64,000 nucleotides of DNA from Candidatus Thorarchaeota archaeon (GCA_020348985.1 CP070761.1:1043713-1107712); one strand, 5' to 3'. Counted from the stretch's first letter, positions 46,729-57,120 are shown. Program-made: numbers and translations. The notes: generated by a model not told the origin, from the letters alone.

Positions 46729-48462
46729 ATGGATGATAAGCTGTGGCTCAAGACCGGGAAATGGCCAGAGAGAGTGAGGGAGTCTCTGGATTATCCGGAA
46801 GCGCCACTTTTCAAGATTCTTGATGATGCCGCTGAGAAGTACAGCGAGAATACTTACACAATATTTCGAGGAAGAGGCAATAGCTTCAGGGAGGTTAGAG
46901 AGAGCGCGGACAAGATTGCGAATTTCCTTGTTAATCAGGGTATACAAAAAGGGGATAGAGTTGCAGTCTTTCTGCCCAATGTACCACATTACCCACCGAT
47001 CTTCTTTGGCATACTCAAAGCAGGAGCCGTGGTTGTAACCTGCAATCCGAGATATACTACGGGCGAACTCAATTTCCAGCTTAAGGATTCAGGCGCCAAG
47101 CTTGTCTTTGGTTTGGACCATGAGACTTTCGGACCTACTACCTATGAGGCTGTCAAAGGCACTGATGTCAAGAAGGTTGTCATATGCAGTTTGAAGACCT
47201 TCCTTCCGAAAGTCACTGCAATACTTGGAGGACTTCTCGGGAAGATTCCGAAGAGCCCATACTATGAAGATGACATTACTCTCTTCTATGATGACATCAT
47301 CAAACAGTATGAAGCTACGACTCCTGACGTGCAAGTCGACCCCAAGAATGACCTTGGATTGATTTTGTATACAGGAGGAACAACGGGTACTCCAAAGGGA
47401 GCAATGCTCACTCATTACAACCTGTTTTCCAATGTACTACAAATGGATGAATGGATTAAGCTCGACCCACCAAAGGAGATGGTTCATGGCGAGGAGGTTT
47501 ACATTGGAGCTCTTCCATGGTATCACAGCTATGGTCTTACCTTGACCATGATAACCTCTGTATACCAAGCGTGTTCTGTCATATGCATCCCGGATCCGAC
47601 CGCAGGAGATCCGCCAATGACCGAGCTGCTAGAGGAGATTTCTAAGAATAAAGGCACAATACTCCATTGTGTGCCGGCATTGTATGCAGGGATGATAAAT
47701 CACCCAAAGGTAGGAGAATATGACCTTACTAGCCTAAAGGGCTGTGGTTCAGGTGCAGCTCCACTTCCGCCGGAGCTTGCCAGGGCTTTTGAATCAGTTA
47801 CGGGAGCCACCCTGTTCGAGGGATATGGACTAACAGAGACTTCGCCTATAACTCACGCAAATCCATCTCAAGTAGCAAGGCGGAAATTCGGCTCAATCGG
47901 GCTTCCTGTATCCGATACTGATGCCATAATTGTGGACATAGACTCTCGTAACGTCGCCCTTCCACAAGGTGAAACAGGCATAATTGCTATTAACGGGCCA
48001 CAGGTCTTCAAGGGCTATTGGCACAAGGAAGAGGAAACGGCCGCCACATTCACAACGATAAACGGGAAGAAGTACTTCCTAACGGGCGATGTTGGTCATA
48101 TGGATGAGGAGGGGTATTTCCACATCTCTGATAGGCTGAAAGACATGATCATTGTGGGAGGTCTTAAGGCATATCCGCGAGAGATTGAGGACATCTTCTT
48201 TGAGCATCCTAAGATCAAGATGGCGGCTGTAATCGGGCTACCCCTAGAGAACGGCACGGGCGGCGAGTATGTGAAGGCATTCGTGGTTCTCAAGGATGGC
48301 GAGACTGCAACGCCTGAAGAGCTAATTGAGTGGTCAACAGAGAAAATGGCTTCGTACAAGAAACCCAGAGAGATTGATATCGTCGATTCCCTGCCATTGA
48401 CTGCTGTTGGCAAGGTTTTGCGGAGAGAGCTCAAAGAAGCAGAAATGGCGAAAAGAGAGTAA
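46729..48462 (+). CDS. Long-chain fatty acid--CoA ligase
   Basis: YTGGTTGTPKG, EGYGLTETSP, TGDVG, DRLKD, GKVLRR; start re-called to ATG 46729 after AAGGAG. Confidence 0.92.
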   Translation: MDDKLWLKTGKWPERVRESLDYPEAPLFKILDDAAEKYSENTYTIFRGRGNSFREVRESADKIANFLVNQGIQKGDRVAVFLPNVPHYPPIFFGILKAGAVVVTCNPRYTTGELNFQLKDSGAKLVFGLDHETFGPTTYEAVKGTDVKKVVICSLKTFLPKVTAILGGLLGKIPKSPYYEDDITLFYDDIIKQYEATTPDVQVDPKNDLGLILYTGGTTGTPKGAMLTHYNLFSNVLQMDEWIKLDPPKEMVHGEEVYIGALPWYHSYGLTLTMITSVYQACSVICIPDPTAGDPPMTELLEEISKNKGTILHCVPALYAGMINHPKVGEYDLTSLKGCGSGAAPLPPELARAFESVTGATLFEGYGLTETSPITHANPSQVARRKFGSIGLPVSDTDAIIVDIDSRNVALPQGETGIIAINGPQVFKGYWHKEEETAATFTTINGKKYFLTGDVGHMDEEGYFHISDRLKDMIIVGGLKAYPREIEDIFFEHPKIKMAAVIGLPLENGTGGEYVKAFVVLKDGETATPEELIEWSTEKMASYKKPREIDIVDSLPLTAVGKVLRRELKEAEMAKRE

Positions 48463-48481
48463 TCTCAGCGCACAAGACTAT

Positions 48482-48518
48482 TGGGGGCTCGCGAACAGCC
48501 CCCATCTTTAGCTTTTTG
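48482..48518 (+). terminator. GC-rich hairpin plus T-tract downstream of the acyl-CoA ligase
   Basis: TGGGGGCT-N7-AGCCCCCA followed by TCTTTAGCTTTTTG. Confidence 0.55.
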
Positions 48519-48616
48519 TTCATATTCCAAGTAACTAGTCGAGTCCCTGTCTTGTGACCCTGAAATGTGCCTTTGAGTTATAACTAGTCTAGGTCCCGGA
48601 AGACACCAGTCGAGAG

Positions 48617-50077
48617 GTGTCACTAGTGGGCAAACTGGAATCATTCATCGGATTTGAAGAGGGTAACGATAATGTTCTGCACTTGGCGAAAGTTCTCTTT
48701 GTCCTTCTTCCATTTGCCAGTGTAGTGTTCACTCTCAGTACGACTTTCTATATGATCTTCATTGCAGAAGCTATAGGAGGCGGGGACTACATTCAGGGCC
48801 TTGGAATAGTGGGCATGCTTGTTGTTGTTCAGATGATTGTCCAAACTGTGCTTGATTATCCAAGTGGCGCATTGGGTGATTGGATTGGGCAGCGCTACGT
48901 GATTGCCATGGGTAACACCGCATGGGGGATTGGGTTCTTCATGGTCTCTTTCGTAGACTCCACAACTCCATTCGCGTATCTAGTCGCCATCTACGTCTTG
49001 CAGGGTTTTGGTGCCTCTCAGATTAGTGGAGCCTGGGGCGCATGGTTCGACAACAACTACCGTTACGCGAACCCGGAAGACACAGAACGCAAGCAATATG
49101 GTGTGTTTTGGGGTAGAGTAGGAATGATTGGGCAGATTGCCGCCACGCTTTCGCTTATTCCAGGTGGGATCCTTGCGACCCTGTTTGGCAGGCCTTGGGT
49201 GTTTCAGATTGAAGCAGTGGGAGCCATAATCTTCGCGATGATGGTGCTCCGTCTCATCAGAGATTTTCCTGAGGTTGAAGAAATGCGTGAGGAGCGTCCC
49301 ACAATGGGTGAATACATCGACCTGCTCAAAAGCGGGGTTTCATTCCTATACAAGACTCCCTACGTGAAGTATATCGTTATCGGGTCAATGTTGGCAGTAA
49401 GTACCATCTCAGTCTGGGGCAATCTAATCCTCTTTCCATTGTATTTCAGCTATCTTCTTACAGACGTGGCAGTTGCCAGCTATCGAACCATTCTCTTCGT
49501 GCCCGGTGTTATTTCTGAAGAGAGATCCGGTGTCTGGTCACAGAGATTTGAACCAAGGAAGTGGATTCCACGATTCCGCATTCTTCAGGCCTGTGGTTTC
49601 TTCTTCTACCTGATACTATCAATCATGATGTACGTATTTCCGCCTGCTTCGAACGGCGGTGACTTTGTGCGTATAATGGTGCCGCTCACAGAGATTGAGC
49701 TGTTGCAGATTCCCGTTGGAAACATAATTCCGATTATCGTACTGTTCTTTCTTTTCAGTACCACACTCATATTCGGTGGCTTTGCCGAGATTCTCACACA
49801 GAGGATACTTCTTGATGTGATTCCAAACCGAATTAGGAACAGTGTCTATTCATTGTCACCCACAATCATGATTCTCTTTGCTATGCCCCAGATTGCGGTT
49901 TTCGGGTGGCTGATTCCTATCGCAGGGTTTCCAGCCACGCTTGCGACAATTGGTACAATTTCACTCATCGGTGTCCTAATAATCCGGCATGGCCTAGACC
50001 AACCCCGTCCGGCAGTTCCCTTGGAGGAGAAAGAGCCAGATGCGACATCAGAAGCAACCATAGAGGTTTCAGACTAG
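48617..50077 (+). CDS. MFS transporter
   Basis: About 12 TM helices; LDYPSGALGDWIGQR motif A; IPNRIRNS. Confidence 0.85.
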   Translation: MSLVGKLESFIGFEEGNDNVLHLAKVLFVLLPFASVVFTLSTTFYMIFIAEAIGGGDYIQGLGIVGMLVVVQMIVQTVLDYPSGALGDWIGQRYVIAMGNTAWGIGFFMVSFVDSTTPFAYLVAIYVLQGFGASQISGAWGAWFDNNYRYANPEDTERKQYGVFWGRVGMIGQIAATLSLIPGGILATLFGRPWVFQIEAVGAIIFAMMVLRLIRDFPEVEEMREERPTMGEYIDLLKSGVSFLYKTPYVKYIVIGSMLAVSTISVWGNLILFPLYFSYLLTDVAVASYRTILFVPGVISEERSGVWSQRFEPRKWIPRFRILQACGFFFYLILSIMMYVFPPASNGGDFVRIMVPLTEIELLQIPVGNIIPIIVLFFLFSTTLIFGGFAEILTQRILLDVIPNRIRNSVYSLSPTIMILFAMPQIAVFGWLIPIAGFPATLATIGTISLIGVLIIRHGLDQPRPAVPLEEKEPDATSEATIEVSD

Positions 50078-50272
50078 AACATTTTCCAGAAACTGAAGTT
50101 CATGTGCGAGAAAGAACGGGCCCATTGAGGTCTAGCTATATCTAGGCCACCATGAACAATTAGGGCAGGTCAAAATTATGCGCTAAAATGTCGACTTATA
50201 TGCCTATGAACCAAGTGCATTCAACCACTCCAGTCTAACACGACTGCTTGGGTTTCAAAGTTGTTCTTGTGA

Positions 50273-51667
50273 TTGAACTGGACCCGTGTACTGAAGATGG
50301 CACTCCACAAAGTGAATTCACGCCGGATTCCTTCGCTTCTCCTTGTGCTTGCATTATTGTTTGCTTCAAGTCCAATCTCTGCAGATTCCAATCCAAATGC
50401 ATCATCAGTAGATTTCATCCAGCTGAAGGAAGAGCATTCGGCCTCTAATCTGAATCAGGATAGAGCATATTGGCCTACTTCAAGTTGGGCAACATCTACA
50501 CCTGAGGCTCAAGGGATGAGTTCGGAGCGGCTGGATTCTATGATTGATTTGATATACGCCGCGGACCTAAACATTGATGCAGTAATTGTAGTGCGAAATG
50601 GCATAATTGTGCTTGAGGAGTATCCTGACCCCAACTACGACGTCAGCACTCTTCATATGATTCAATCATGTACGAAACAGTTCACTTCAACCCTTATGGG
50701 AATCGCCATTGAAAATGGGTTCATCGAAAGCGTTGACGCGAGAGTCGTTGATTTCTTTTCCGACTGGGACATCGAGAATCTAGATGATAGGAAGAGAAAC
50801 ATAACTATCAGACACTTGCTTGAATGGACTGATGGACTAGATTGGCATGAACTAGACTATCCATACGATGATCCTCGAAACACACTTGGTCAGATGTGGG
50901 TCAGTGATAACGCAGTCAAGTACTGTCTAGACCGTCCGATGGTTAGAGACCCTGGGGAGCAATGGTACGTGAACTCAGGAACCATGATTATTGCAGGCGG
51001 AATAATAACTCGTGTGACAGGCTTGACTGTTCCAGAATTCGCGGAGGAGCATCTGTTTGGGTCCATAGGAATCGATTCCTATCACTGGTCAATGATTGGC
51101 GGAGGCAGCGCAGGTGGCTGGTATCACTCTGATGGAGGGCTTTATCTGACGCCCAGAGACATGGCCAGGTACGGATTCCTCATGTTGAACAACGGCACAT
51201 GGGACCAAGAACAGATTGTTTCACAACAATGGGTGGGTGATGCGACAAACCTGCAGGTTCAAACAACTTGGGGACAACCCTACTCAGGATTCGGTTATCA
51301 ATGGTACATTATGCCTTCACTGGGTGCCTATGCAGCGTTGGGCCATTATCAACAATCGATATTCGTAGTTCCTGAACACGATCTCGTTGTGGTGTTCACT
51401 GGGAATATCGCTGACGGGGACCCCTATTGGGACGCCGGCTTCCTAGAATACAACATCATTCGTGCGGTCACTGAATACAGACCCCCCGAAAGTATAGCAA
51501 CTACGGACATAGGCATTACCAATTCTACAACGACAAGTAGTGGTTACGATACTTCGGAACTGATAGCACTGCAAAATACTGTGTTTGTCCTTGTGGTTGC
51601 TGGTGTACTTGCTCTCCTGACATTTGCTGCTTCAGGGAGGATACTGACACGTAGGAATAGCCGCTAA
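50273..51667 (+). CDS. Secreted beta-lactamase-family serine hydrolase with C-terminal TM anchor
   Basis: SxxK (SCTK), ITIRHLL, PGEQWYVNS, LTPRDMARYG, YQW, ALGHYQQ; Thr/Ser linker, TM and basic tail. Confidence 0.88.
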   Translation: MNWTRVLKMALHKVNSRRIPSLLLVLALLFASSPISADSNPNASSVDFIQLKEEHSASNLNQDRAYWPTSSWATSTPEAQGMSSERLDSMIDLIYAADLNIDAVIVVRNGIIVLEEYPDPNYDVSTLHMIQSCTKQFTSTLMGIAIENGFIESVDARVVDFFSDWDIENLDDRKRNITIRHLLEWTDGLDWHELDYPYDDPRNTLGQMWVSDNAVKYCLDRPMVRDPGEQWYVNSGTMIIAGGIITRVTGLTVPEFAEEHLFGSIGIDSYHWSMIGGGSAGGWYHSDGGLYLTPRDMARYGFLMLNNGTWDQEQIVSQQWVGDATNLQVQTTWGQPYSGFGYQWYIMPSLGAYAALGHYQQSIFVVPEHDLVVVFTGNIADGDPYWDAGFLEYNIIRAVTEYRPPESIATTDIGITNSTTTSSGYDTSELIALQNTVFVLVVAGVLALLTFAASGRILTRRNSR

Positions 51668-51796
51668 GTATGGAATCTGGTGACTAGCAATTCTGTTCTG
51701 CAATTGTTCATCAATTTCATCCGGCCTTAACAAATATCAGTCACCTCTGCAATACTGGATAGCTAATCTATGCATGATTTGAAAGGAGACTAGAGG

Positions 51797-53566
51797 ATGA
51801 CAGAAGAGCTTTACTGGCAGGATGGGCCACATTGGCCCGAAACAGCAAGAAAGTCTTTGGACTATCCAGAGGAACCGCTCTTTGCGATATTGGACAGAGC
51901 CGCTGAGAAGAGTGGCGATTTGCCCCACACAGTCTTCATGGGCAAATCGAAAACTTTCAGAGAGGTAAGAGATGCAGCAGATAGAATTGCCAATTTCTTG
52001 GTAAAAAGGGGTGTGAAGCAGGATGATAGAGTTGCGATATTCCTGCCAAACGTTCCTCATTTTCCAGAAGTCTTCTTTGGATCGCTCAAGGCAGGAGCAA
52101 AGGTCGTTACATGTAATCCACTGTACAAGAAAGGAGAACTGAAGTACCAGTTAGATGACACTGATGCAGTTGCTATCTTTGTCTTGGATCATCCCACATT
52201 CACACCTACCTGCTATGAAGCAATCAAAGACACGAAGGTGGAGACTGTTGTTGTTTGCAGTGTAAAGCCGTGGCTTTCGAAGATTACGGCGTTCATAGGA
52301 GGTTTGATTGGAAAGGTTCCGAAAAGCCCCTATTATGAGGAAGACAAGACCTTCTTTTACGATGAGATTCTTGCCAACTATGAACCAGAAGTACCAACAT
52401 TGACAGTGGATCCACACGATACGGCCATCCTAATCTATACGGGCGGCACAACAGGGGTCCCCAAGGGAGCGGAGCTAACTCACTACAACCTGGCCTCCAA
52501 TCTTGTGCAGATTTCTGAGTGGGTGTATCTGAGAGCGGAAGACATTGCTGAGGATGCGGAGCCAGGAGGAGCCAGATACGGAAGAGAGGTCTATATTGGC
52601 GCCCTCCCGTGGTACCACTCCTACGGCTTGACCGTGACATTCTTGATGTCTGTATTCTTCGCCGGTAAGCTGGTTTGTATTCCAGATCCTAGATCCGGTA
52701 AACCCCCCTTGTCTGACCTCCTTAAGGAAATGGCCGACAACAAAGGGACTGTATTCAATTGTGTTCCTGCCCTGTACGCCGGTGTTGTCAATCATCCAGA
52801 CATCGCGAAATATGATCTTACTTCAATCAGCATTTGTAGTTCCGGAGCCGCTCCTCTACCACCATCCCTCGCTGAGGAATGGGAGAAGGTCACAGGAACC
52901 CTACTAATAGAGGGTTATGGCCTTACAGAGACCTCGCCAGTGACTCACACCAACCCAACAAACAAGGCCCACAGGAAATTCGGTTCCATAGGCCTTCCAC
53001 TCCCTGACACAATATGTAAGATTCTGGACATTGATACCGGAACTCAAGAGATGCCTATTGGAGAGACTGGTGAGATTGCACTGCATGGTCCGCAAGTGAT
53101 GAAAGGGTATTGGATGAAACCAGAAGAAACCGCAGCAGTCATGAGAGACATCGGCGGTAAGCGCTTCTTCCTTACGGGTGACATTGGACACATGGACGAA
53201 GAAGGTTATACGTACATCAGTGACCGGAAGAAACAGATGATAATTGTGGGCGGTCTCAAGGCCTACCCCCGAGAGATCGAAGACACGTACTTTGAACATC
53301 CGAAGGTGAAGATGGCTGCGGCCATTGGGATTCCGAGAGGGGATGACCCTGGGAATGAGTTCGTCAAAGCATTCATAGTTCTCAAGGACGGCGAGACAGC
53401 CACACCCGAAGAGTTCATCGAATGGGCAAGGGACAAGATGGCCGGGTACAAGCGACCCAGAGAGGTTGACATTGTGGACGAACTTCCGATGAGTCAAGTC
53501 GGAAAGGTACTAAGGCGAGTTCTGCGTGAAGAGGAACTCAAGAGGAGAGGAATAACAGACGCGTGA
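51797..53566 (+). CDS. Long-chain fatty acid--CoA ligase (paralog of 46729..48462)
   Basis: YTGGTTGVPKG, EGYGLTETSP, TGDIG, GKVLRR. Confidence 0.92.
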   Translation: MTEELYWQDGPHWPETARKSLDYPEEPLFAILDRAAEKSGDLPHTVFMGKSKTFREVRDAADRIANFLVKRGVKQDDRVAIFLPNVPHFPEVFFGSLKAGAKVVTCNPLYKKGELKYQLDDTDAVAIFVLDHPTFTPTCYEAIKDTKVETVVVCSVKPWLSKITAFIGGLIGKVPKSPYYEEDKTFFYDEILANYEPEVPTLTVDPHDTAILIYTGGTTGVPKGAELTHYNLASNLVQISEWVYLRAEDIAEDAEPGGARYGREVYIGALPWYHSYGLTVTFLMSVFFAGKLVCIPDPRSGKPPLSDLLKEMADNKGTVFNCVPALYAGVVNHPDIAKYDLTSISICSSGAAPLPPSLAEEWEKVTGTLLIEGYGLTETSPVTHTNPTNKAHRKFGSIGLPLPDTICKILDIDTGTQEMPIGETGEIALHGPQVMKGYWMKPEETAAVMRDIGGKRFFLTGDIGHMDEEGYTYISDRKKQMIIVGGLKAYPREIEDTYFEHPKVKMAAAIGIPRGDDPGNEFVKAFIVLKDGETATPEEFIEWARDKMAGYKRPREVDIVDELPMSQVGKVLRRVLREEELKRRGITDA

Positions 53567-53583
53567 TCAAAGGTAAGAGGGCT

Positions 53584-54102
53584 CTATTCAGGAAGGTGTT
53601 CCTTATGCCTACGCCCGAGCTCGATGTAGACCTGAGCTCCTAGTATGAACGATTCCTTGAGTCCCTCTGAAACTTCTTTCTTGACCTTGCCTGGGATTCC
53701 CAGAACAAGACTTCCATCAGGGATGACTGAGTTCTCAGTGACTACCGATCCTGCTCCGATGACACAGTCTTTTCCTACTTTGGCACCCGTAAGTACCACG
53801 GCCCCCATCCCGACAACCGTGCGGTCTCTTATCTCAGCAGCATGGATTACACTGTTGTGTCCGACAGTAACAAAGTCTCCTATGATAGATGGATACGGGA
53901 ATGTAGTGTGGATAGTGCAATTGTCTTGAACTGAGGATCCTTTGCCAATTCGGATAAAATTCATGTCGGCACGTAGCACTGCAAATTCCCATATGCTGGA
54001 ATCTTCTCCAATCTCTATATCTCCAATTAGAGATGCACGGGGAGAAACATACGCCTTTGGGTCAATTCGTGGCTTCTTTCCGTCAAACTCAAACAATCCC
54101 AA
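53584..54102 (-). CDS. Gamma carbonic anhydrase family hexapeptide-repeat protein
   Basis: AVLRAD, VQDNCTIH, TVGHNSVIH, GIPGKV; start re-called to TTG 54102. Confidence 0.88.
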   Translation of the reverse strand: MGLFEFDGKKPRIDPKAYVSPRASLIGDIEIGEDSSIWEFAVLRADMNFIRIGKGSSVQDNCTIHTTFPYPSIIGDFVTVGHNSVIHAAEIRDRTVVGMGAVVLTGAKVGKDCVIGAGSVVTENSVIPDGSLVLGIPGKVKKEVSEGLKESFILGAQVYIELGRRHKEHLPE

Positions 54103-54208
54103 TACAGGCACCAAGATGCCGGGACGATTCTTGGTCTTTAAGCATATTGAAAAGGCGATTCGCCGACATCGTTCCATGGTCTGCATTTCGGTTTCGGAGT
54201 GTTCCTAG

Positions 54209-54820
54209 GTGCCATTTACGCTGTTCCACTATGTGTTTGCATGGGCAGTTGCCAAGTTGGACAGGAGATTCTCGCTTCCCGCGCTTTTTGTGGGCTCAGT
54301 AATGCCAGACGTGGAGGTTCCAATCATAAGACTGTTCTTTAGTGAAGTGGTGCCAGATCACTATGTGCTTCATAGCTTAATACAGACATTGACTTTAGGC
54401 CTCCTCCTATCTGTACTGGTAGTAAGATTCCTTTATCCACCGGTGATTTCGAGGCTGTTTGGTGTAGATCGATGTGCTCTGGATGAAAGCTGCAGTGTAG
54501 CACCTGCTTTGATTCTCTCATGCGCAATTGGCTTGGCTGGGCACTTGATTCTAGATTACCCAATGCACTACTACAACCACATTTTCTGGCCTTTTGTTGA
54601 CCCGAACATCTTGGTGGGCCCACTGGTAGCAATATTCGCTATCGAGAATGATCTGGACCTGGGATACATCAGAGCGAATGTAGCAATGAACACGGTCATG
54701 ATTCTCCTTTTTACACTGGTTTTGCTGAAGATTAGAGGTCCGGGATTCTGGGAAAGATTCTGGTTAGGAGAATCAGAGATGAAAGAAGGAGCACTTGCTA
54801 ATCAATCTACGATGGAATGA
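54209..54820 (+). CDS. DUF4184-like membrane protein (metal-dependent hydrolase-like)
   Basis: MPFTLFH, GSVMPD, HS, HLILD..MH motifs. Confidence 0.75.
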   Translation: MPFTLFHYVFAWAVAKLDRRFSLPALFVGSVMPDVEVPIIRLFFSEVVPDHYVLHSLIQTLTLGLLLSVLVVRFLYPPVISRLFGVDRCALDESCSVAPALILSCAIGLAGHLILDYPMHYYNHIFWPFVDPNILVGPLVAIFAIENDLDLGYIRANVAMNTVMILLFTLVLLKIRGPGFWERFWLGESEMKEGALANQSTME

Positions 54821-55739
54821 ACCACTCTTCCAGAGAGACCTGTGACTGCGTGTCCAAGACCGCTTCGTTTTCGTAGAGCTTGCGAATGAAGTCATTGTAG
54901 GAGCTTACACTCTCGACTCGAACGTTGGCAAACAAACCATAGTCGTCACTTACTCGATGAAGATCCCACACTTGTTCCATCTGACTGATCTTCTTAGCAG
55001 CATTGGCTATACTTCCTGGCCTTGGACGAATCTGAAGAAAGAACTTGATGGGAAGACCAACGCACCCATAGTCGATGTCTAGCGAGTATCCTGCAATCGC
55101 GCCTCTGGACTCCAATCTAGTCATTGCCTTTGAGACCGCAGGTTGGCTGATTTGTGGCTTCATTGCCTTTCCAATGTCCTCTTGGGAGGGAGCAAAGGGT
55201 TTCTCCTCCGATGGAGTTCGTCGACGAAGGACATTTAGTAAATTCCAGTCTTTCTCGGTTAGTGATGGGGAGGAGTTGCTAGATTTCCTGACAATGAATC
55301 CGTTTGTTTTGTAAGTGGTAAGGACCTGTACAAGGTTGTAGGTCTGAGCTCCAGACTTCGCGACAACCCTGTCGACGTTGTCCAGAAACCTTTCGAACGC
55401 CATTGGCGAACGGAAACGAAACAGACCAAGAAGTGAATACTCACCTGAGATTCCATCGAGTGAGTGGAGCTCTGGCATGTCGATTAGCGCTTCACTAAGT
55501 CCGAGCTCTCGTGGGTTTGTCTTGACTAGGAGGATCGTGTTCCTCTCAGCATACACCTGCAGCGGATCAAGGATTGCTGTGTACGACCTGATGACGTCCA
55601 GTTTGACTAGCTTCTTCACTGTGCGGGCCACCCAGTTGCGACCCTTCTTCGCTTGTTGCCCCAGTGTGACATGACTCGCTCTGGAGTTCTTCAAAAGCAG
55701 GCCGACCAGTGTTCTTTCACTTTCTGTAATGTCTTGCAT
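54807..55739 (-). CDS. Tandem Lrp/AsnC transcriptional regulator
   Basis: Two HTH+RAM repeats (LLKNSRAS...ISGEYSL; ISQPAVSK..LESRGAIAGY...VSDDYGL); divergent from ahcY. Confidence 0.82.
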   Translation of the reverse strand: MQDITESERTLVGLLLKNSRASHVTLGQQAKKGRNWVARTVKKLVKLDVIRSYTAILDPLQVYAERNTILLVKTNPRELGLSEALIDMPELHSLDGISGEYSLLGLFRFRSPMAFERFLDNVDRVVAKSGAQTYNLVQVLTTYKTNGFIVRKSSNSSPSLTEKDWNLLNVLRRRTPSEEKPFAPSQEDIGKAMKPQISQPAVSKAMTRLESRGAIAGYSLDIDYGCVGLPIKFFLQIRPRPGSIANAAKKISQMEQVWDLHRVSDDYGLFANVRVESVSSYNDFIRKLYENEAVLDTQSQVSLEEWFIPS

Positions 55740-55826
55740 CCCTCTCGGGTTCATCAGTGCATTCCATTCCACAATCTGATGTAGGATTCATATAAATCCT
55801 CACACCGGAGCGAATCGTGATAAACA

Positions 55827-57086
55827 ATGACTGACTATAAAGTCAAAGACATAGGATTGGCCGAAGAGGGCCGAAAGCTAATCGATTATGCCGAAAAGCA
55901 CATGCCTGTGTTGATGCATCTTAGGAAGAAATACGCCGAGACGAAACCGCTCAAGGGAATGAAGATCGCTGGATGTCTTCACGTCACAAAAGAGACTGCA
56001 GTTCTAGTGGAAACTCTGCGAGATGTTGGTGCCGAGGTGGCCTGGTCTGGCTGTAACCCGTTGTCAACGAATGACCATGTAGCTGCCGGACTTGCAGCAA
56101 ATGATGTCCCAGTCTTTGCTTGGCACAATCTGAATACAGAGGACTACTATTGGTGTATCGAGCAGACTCTGAAGACTGAGCCAACGCTCACTCTTGATGA
56201 CGGAGCAGATCTAATCTTCACGCTGCACAACAAACACCAGGAGCTGATTCCGAATCTCTACGGAGGCTCTGAGGAGACCACAACTGGCGTGATTCGAGTT
56301 CGAGCAATGGCCGATGATGGAGCACTGAAGTATCCAATCATGGCTGTGAATGATGCTGCAACCAAGCACCTGTTCGACAATGTGTACGGCACTGGACAGA
56401 GTGTATTTGATGGTGTAATGAGAGCATCAGCCATTTTGATAGCTGGAAAGACTGTTGTAATTGGCGGCTATGGATTCTGTGGACGCGGGATGGCTGAACG
56501 CGCAAGAGGCTTGGGAGCTAATGTAATCGTTACAGAGGTTGATCCCGTTCGCGGATTGCAGGCGAGAATGGACGGCTTCAGAGTAATGAAAATGAGTGAA
56601 GCAGCTCCAGAAGGAGACCTGTTCCTTACTGCAACCGGCATGAAGGATGTCATTACAGGCGAACACATGAAGGTCATGAAGGACGGTGCTATGTTTGGCA
56701 ATGCTGGTCACTACAATGTGGAAATCAATGAACCTGATTTGATTGAACTCAGCAAAGGTCCAAAGAAGAGGGTGCGTCATGCACTGGATGAGTACGAGCT
56801 TAAGGATGGACGACGACTCTATTTGCTGGGCGAAGGTCGATTGGTTAATCTGACCGCGGCGGAGGGACACCCAAGTGAAGTCATGGACCTATCCTTCGCA
56901 GGCCAACTGAATGCCATGATTTGGATGGCCAAGACTGGCAAGGATCTGGAACCGGCAGTATACGAATTCCCAAAGGAACTTGACATGCAGACTGCTCAGG
57001 CAAAGCTCGAAACCATGGGCATCAAAATCGACAAGTGGACTCCCCAACAAGAAGCCTATGCAAAGGCCTACGCTGAAGGAACATAG
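55827..57086 (+). CDS. ahcY: S-adenosylhomocysteine hydrolase
   Basis: GCLHVT, CNPLST, DDGADL, EETTTG, KHLFDNVYGTGQS, EGRLVNL..AEGHPSEVMD.SF. Confidence 0.97.
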   Translation: MTDYKVKDIGLAEEGRKLIDYAEKHMPVLMHLRKKYAETKPLKGMKIAGCLHVTKETAVLVETLRDVGAEVAWSGCNPLSTNDHVAAGLAANDVPVFAWHNLNTEDYYWCIEQTLKTEPTLTLDDGADLIFTLHNKHQELIPNLYGGSEETTTGVIRVRAMADDGALKYPIMAVNDAATKHLFDNVYGTGQSVFDGVMRASAILIAGKTVVIGGYGFCGRGMAERARGLGANVIVTEVDPVRGLQARMDGFRVMKMSEAAPEGDLFLTATGMKDVITGEHMKVMKDGAMFGNAGHYNVEINEPDLIELSKGPKKRVRHALDEYELKDGRRLYLLGEGRLVNLTAAEGHPSEVMDLSFAGQLNAMIWMAKTGKDLEPAVYEFPKELDMQTAQAKLETMGIKIDKWTPQQEAYAKAYAEGT

Positions 57087-57094
57087 TTTTCTAA

Positions 57095-57120
57095 AAGGGG
57101 TGGTCGGAAGGCCACCTCTT
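57095..57120 (+). terminator. GNRA-capped hairpin after ahcY
   Basis: AAGGGGTGGTC-GGAA-GGCCACCTCTT; 11-bp stem with two G-U pairs. Confidence 0.45.

Noticed and set aside
50273-51667. Antibiotic-resistance beta-lactamase
   Set aside because: The SxxK fold is shared with esterases and amidases. The features fit the generic serine hydrolase group.
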